Below are positions 17,438 through 20,000 of a stretch of 20,000 bases of DNA, in pieces (positions within the stretch are counted from its first letter, which is position 1; each line of letters begins with the position of its first letter). The stretch is from Tortispora ganteri (lineage: Eukaryota): assembly GCA_003707115.1 (NCBI GenBank), contig PPNB01000023.1:120008-140007 (forward strand), read 5' to 3'. The notes under the pieces were generated by a model. It was not told the DNA's origin, did not search any database, and was given only the letters and a program-made list of their open reading frames with translations. Position numbers and translations under genes: made by a program.

Positions 17438-19984
17438 TTAGGCAATCATTATACTCCATCCTTTGCTTTCTACCACACTTTGCCATTCCCATCCGTCTTC
17501 GTTTTGATCCCATCTTCTCCAGCATTCTTTCATGATCTCCAAGCCATATTTGATATTGGCATAGCCACACCAGTTACGCACATGTTCAAATCTATCCAGT
17601 ATAAACATTCGTTCAGCGCTATCGATAGCAGAACAGCCAATCGCAAATAAGGGAAATATCAGAAAAGTTTCAGTTTGGCAATATAAAGGAAGTCTTTTGA
17701 ATATATCAATAGCAGCTGTAACTGTAGCACGAGTACGTGAATTCGCCAGCCCGTCTTTGTAGTACAGAATCCTGTGTAGACATATATAAGCACATAGTCT
17801 GTGCACGTCAGCAAGTAACACTAAGCGCCAATCGATTTGCGACCCATCTTCAGGCGGAATAGGTTCCCACGCAGCAAGTTTTCCCTCCAGCTCGATTGCA
17901 CGTAATATAGCCTCTGACGAAAAGGATTCGGGCTTTTCACCTCCAAACACTTGATAATTCTTTTCAGCCTGTCCAACCACGTCAACGTATAACCTGCACA
18001 CATCATTAATGATCTCAAACAAATCTCCACCTACACCAGTAAAAGATGTTGCTAGTGAAGTGGCTGATGAGACAGTTTGCTTTCTTAAAGGAGCAGGCGG
18101 TTCGGCTGGACGACTCGATGACGAAGAAGAAACTGAGGCAGCAGAAGAAGTGGAGCTTCCCCTTCTTGTAGTACTCGTTCCAAAAAGCGAGTGTGTTGAA
18201 GCAGTTTCAGAATCATGTGAAAGATGGCGGCTATTCGCCGTAGAAACAGATGACGCAGTTGGTGAACCTGTTTGCAGCGCTTCCTCATGAATCACCTCTT
18301 GCAGATGCTCACTCGCAACCCATTTATTGCCATCAAGCAAGGGCGAAGCGTTTAATAGTGGTGCATAAATATCATCGATAGCTTCAACTTCGTTATTATC
18401 AAGATAGTTATGTCCTTCATTAGATCTATGACATTCAGTTGAAATATGACTTTCACTAGAGTTACCTAGCATGAGGTCCATTGATGCTAAATCTAAGCCG
18501 GTGGCAGTAGAACGTGAGTGAGACTCGTAGCTAGAGCCGCATGATTCGGCACCTTTACGTGCTCGTAAACTCGCCATGGTATTGTAGAATGATCCTGATC
18601 GCGGAATATTCTTAGATGAGTGCGCTTTCCAGCTCATACCAGACATGACATTGCAATAAAGCCAGAAATCATAGAAGAACAAATCACTAGAAGACGGCAT
18701 TGGGTTGCCGCAGTCAAACTCCATACCGTCGATATTTCGGGGGTCTACAGTGTCCGAGTGTCTTAAAGCTTCACGTGCGATGAGCAGACGTCGTACGCCC
18801 TCTATGTGTCGAAAAGTGTTGCCTTGTGTGTCACCAGCAAAGAGAGTTAACGCAACAAATAGCAGAACAGATGCCACAGTTTCGTCGCGAACAGCTAGCT
18901 CCATACTGCTCAACATAGAGGTAGTCATTTCCATGGCTATCTGCTGCTGTTTGGAGTTCTCTTTCGAGACCTTTTCGAAATCAGGGTGGTTAGGGCCCAA
19001 CTGTTCGCAGAGTACGCCGGCGGACAAATGAAGAAGCGAATGCATCAGCATCTCGTGTTTCATGGCAATAGGCAGAATGACTGTCAAAAAGGGGTTCCTA
19101 TCGTCTTCCGGCATCAAAGAAAAATGTCTGGAAGAGTTATTTATGTAGTACTGTAGGAGTCGGCGATGGAGCTGAGTCTCTACGCCGGCAATTACAGAGG
19201 GGATCCTGTACCCAGTCAATAAATGCGACGAGTTTCGTGGATTTCTGGGGGAAATGAGTCGAGATACAGTGTTGAACTTCTCCGAGTACCTGCGAATAGC
19301 GTCTGGATTGGTCGATGAGATGGATACAACCACCTGATCGCCTGTCTCAGCATCGACTTCATTCTCAAGAGTAACAGTGAAGTTAGCAGGTCGTAAAGCG
19401 TCCGCGTTAGCTGAGTCTGCGATCATTGGCAATCCCAGTGAAGCAGATGGTAGCTCGGTTAGCGAAGCAGTAGATCCAGATGTGGGCGACATAGAGAGCG
19501 ACATCGGCATTCCGTGCCAGTCGATCTGGTTGACAGGCTCTTTCCCTTCACCTTTTGGTGCAACCTCGTGTGGCTTCCAAAGTGATTTTGGCGCATAGCC
19601 TTCGCAGATGAGGTTGTTTGATTTGCAGTTCATGCATTCAGGTTTTCCTTCATCGCACTTCTTTTTCCGTCGTCGGCAGGTGATGCATCCTGTGCGCGTC
19701 CTGGTACGCTGGACCTGATGTTTAGAGGACGCAGGTGATTTGCTAACAGATGCGGGGGCCTTTGTGGACTTTTTACTACGCTTCTGAGAGGTATGTTTCC
19801 TGCTACCGGAAGCCATCAGGTGCGCGGACGAGTCGATAAACACTGGATCGGAAGGTGCTGCTGGATCGATGCCCGATGATATCGTTGCGGCGTCTGCAGA
19901 TTGGCTATTGGCTGCGATCGGCGGATGCGACGAGAAACGAGACTCTGGGTCCGGCGACATCTCTGCAAGCGGCGCGAACGCCAT
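17438..19984 (-). CDS. Zn(II)2Cys6 transcription factor with a C-terminal Fungal_trans_2-type domain, 848 aa; the start could lie further upstream
   Basis: The binuclear cluster RTRTGCITCRRRKKKCDEGKPECMNCKSNNLICEGY; NPFLTVILPIAM, HIEGV, LIFPLFAIGCSA and a W..V...GWSIMIA terminus typical of that domain. Confidence 0.92.
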   Translation of the reverse strand: MAFAPLAEMSPDPESRFSSHPPIAANSQSADAATISSGIDPAAPSDPVFIDSSAHLMASGSRKHTSQKRSKKSTKAPASVSKSPASSKHQVQRTRTRTGCITCRRRKKKCDEGKPECMNCKSNNLICEGYAPKSLWKPHEVAPKGEGKEPVNQIDWHGMPMSLSMSPTSGSTASLTELPSASLGLPMIADSANADALRPANFTVTLENEVDAETGDQVVVSISSTNPDAIRRYSEKFNTVSRLISPRNPRNSSHLLTGYRIPSVIAGVETQLHRRLLQYYINNSSRHFSLMPEDDRNPFLTVILPIAMKHEMLMHSLLHLSAGVLCEQLGPNHPDFEKVSKENSKQQQIAMEMTTSMLSSMELAVRDETVASVLLFVALTLFAGDTQGNTFRHIEGVRRLLIAREALRHSDTVDPRNIDGMEFDCGNPMPSSSDLFFYDFWLYCNVMSGMSWKAHSSKNIPRSGSFYNTMASLRARKGAESCGSSYESHSRSTATGLDLASMDLMLGNSSESHISTECHRSNEGHNYLDNNEVEAIDDIYAPLLNASPLLDGNKWVASEHLQEVIHEEALQTGSPTASSVSTANSRHLSHDSETASTHSLFGTSTTRRGSSTSSAASVSSSSSSRPAEPPAPLRKQTVSSATSLATSFTGVGGDLFEIINDVCRLYVDVVGQAEKNYQVFGGEKPESFSSEAILRAIELEGKLAAWEPIPPEDGSQIDWRLVLLADVHRLCAYICLHRILYYKDGLANSRTRATVTAAIDIFKRLPLYCQTETFLIFPLFAIGCSAIDSAERMFILDRFEHVRNWCGYANIKYGLEIMKECWRRWDQNEDGWEWQSVVESKGWSIMIA

Positions 19985-20000
19985 AACAGGGAAAGGCAGA

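Noticed and set aside
612..17440. Stop-codon read-through creating cryptic PTS1 tails
   Set aside because: The stops I examined (hydrolase, AOX, CRD1, CUL3, PLP enzyme) lack the TGA-CTA context, and the extensions I translated (CRD1, CUL3, PLP enzyme) do not end in SKL-like tripeptides.
1..20000. tRNA, rRNA, transposon/LTR, CRISPR array or horizontally acquired island
   Set aside because: I saw no cloverleaf or A/B boxes in intergenic DNA, no long terminal or spaced repeats and no transposase or RT motifs, and all genes look like native fungal orthologues. A small ncRNA cannot be excluded without a covariance-model search.

Overview
A very gene-dense window from a fungal nuclear genome, most likely an intron-poor budding yeast (Saccharomycotina) using the standard genetic code. 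It holds 12 protein-coding genes, in order: the 3' part of an Lpx1-like peroxisomal alpha/beta-hydrolase ending in PTS1 -AKL, alternative oxidase (AOX), cardiolipin synthase (CRD1), cullin-3 (one 5' intron missed by the ORF track), ZIM17, REV1, MTO1, CSE1, a small coiled-coil protein resembling Far3/SIKE-type STRIPAK subunits, a Pex11/Pex25-family peroxin (two 3' introns missed by the ORF track), a YHR112C-like PLP transsulfuration enzyme, and a Zn2Cys6 transcription factor. Intergenic gaps are 28-272 bp, except for about 985 bp upstream of AOX. I found no mobile element, tRNA, rRNA or CRISPR array, and I cannot support a new multi-gene system: this is mostly a housekeeping region. The best leads are an out-of-frame uORF within a hairpin whose stop overlaps the REV1 start codon, four UBM-like repeats in Rev1, two similar short 3' introns in the Pex11-family gene, and the motif-rich AOX upstream region. 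All assignments come from recalled motifs; no database search was run.
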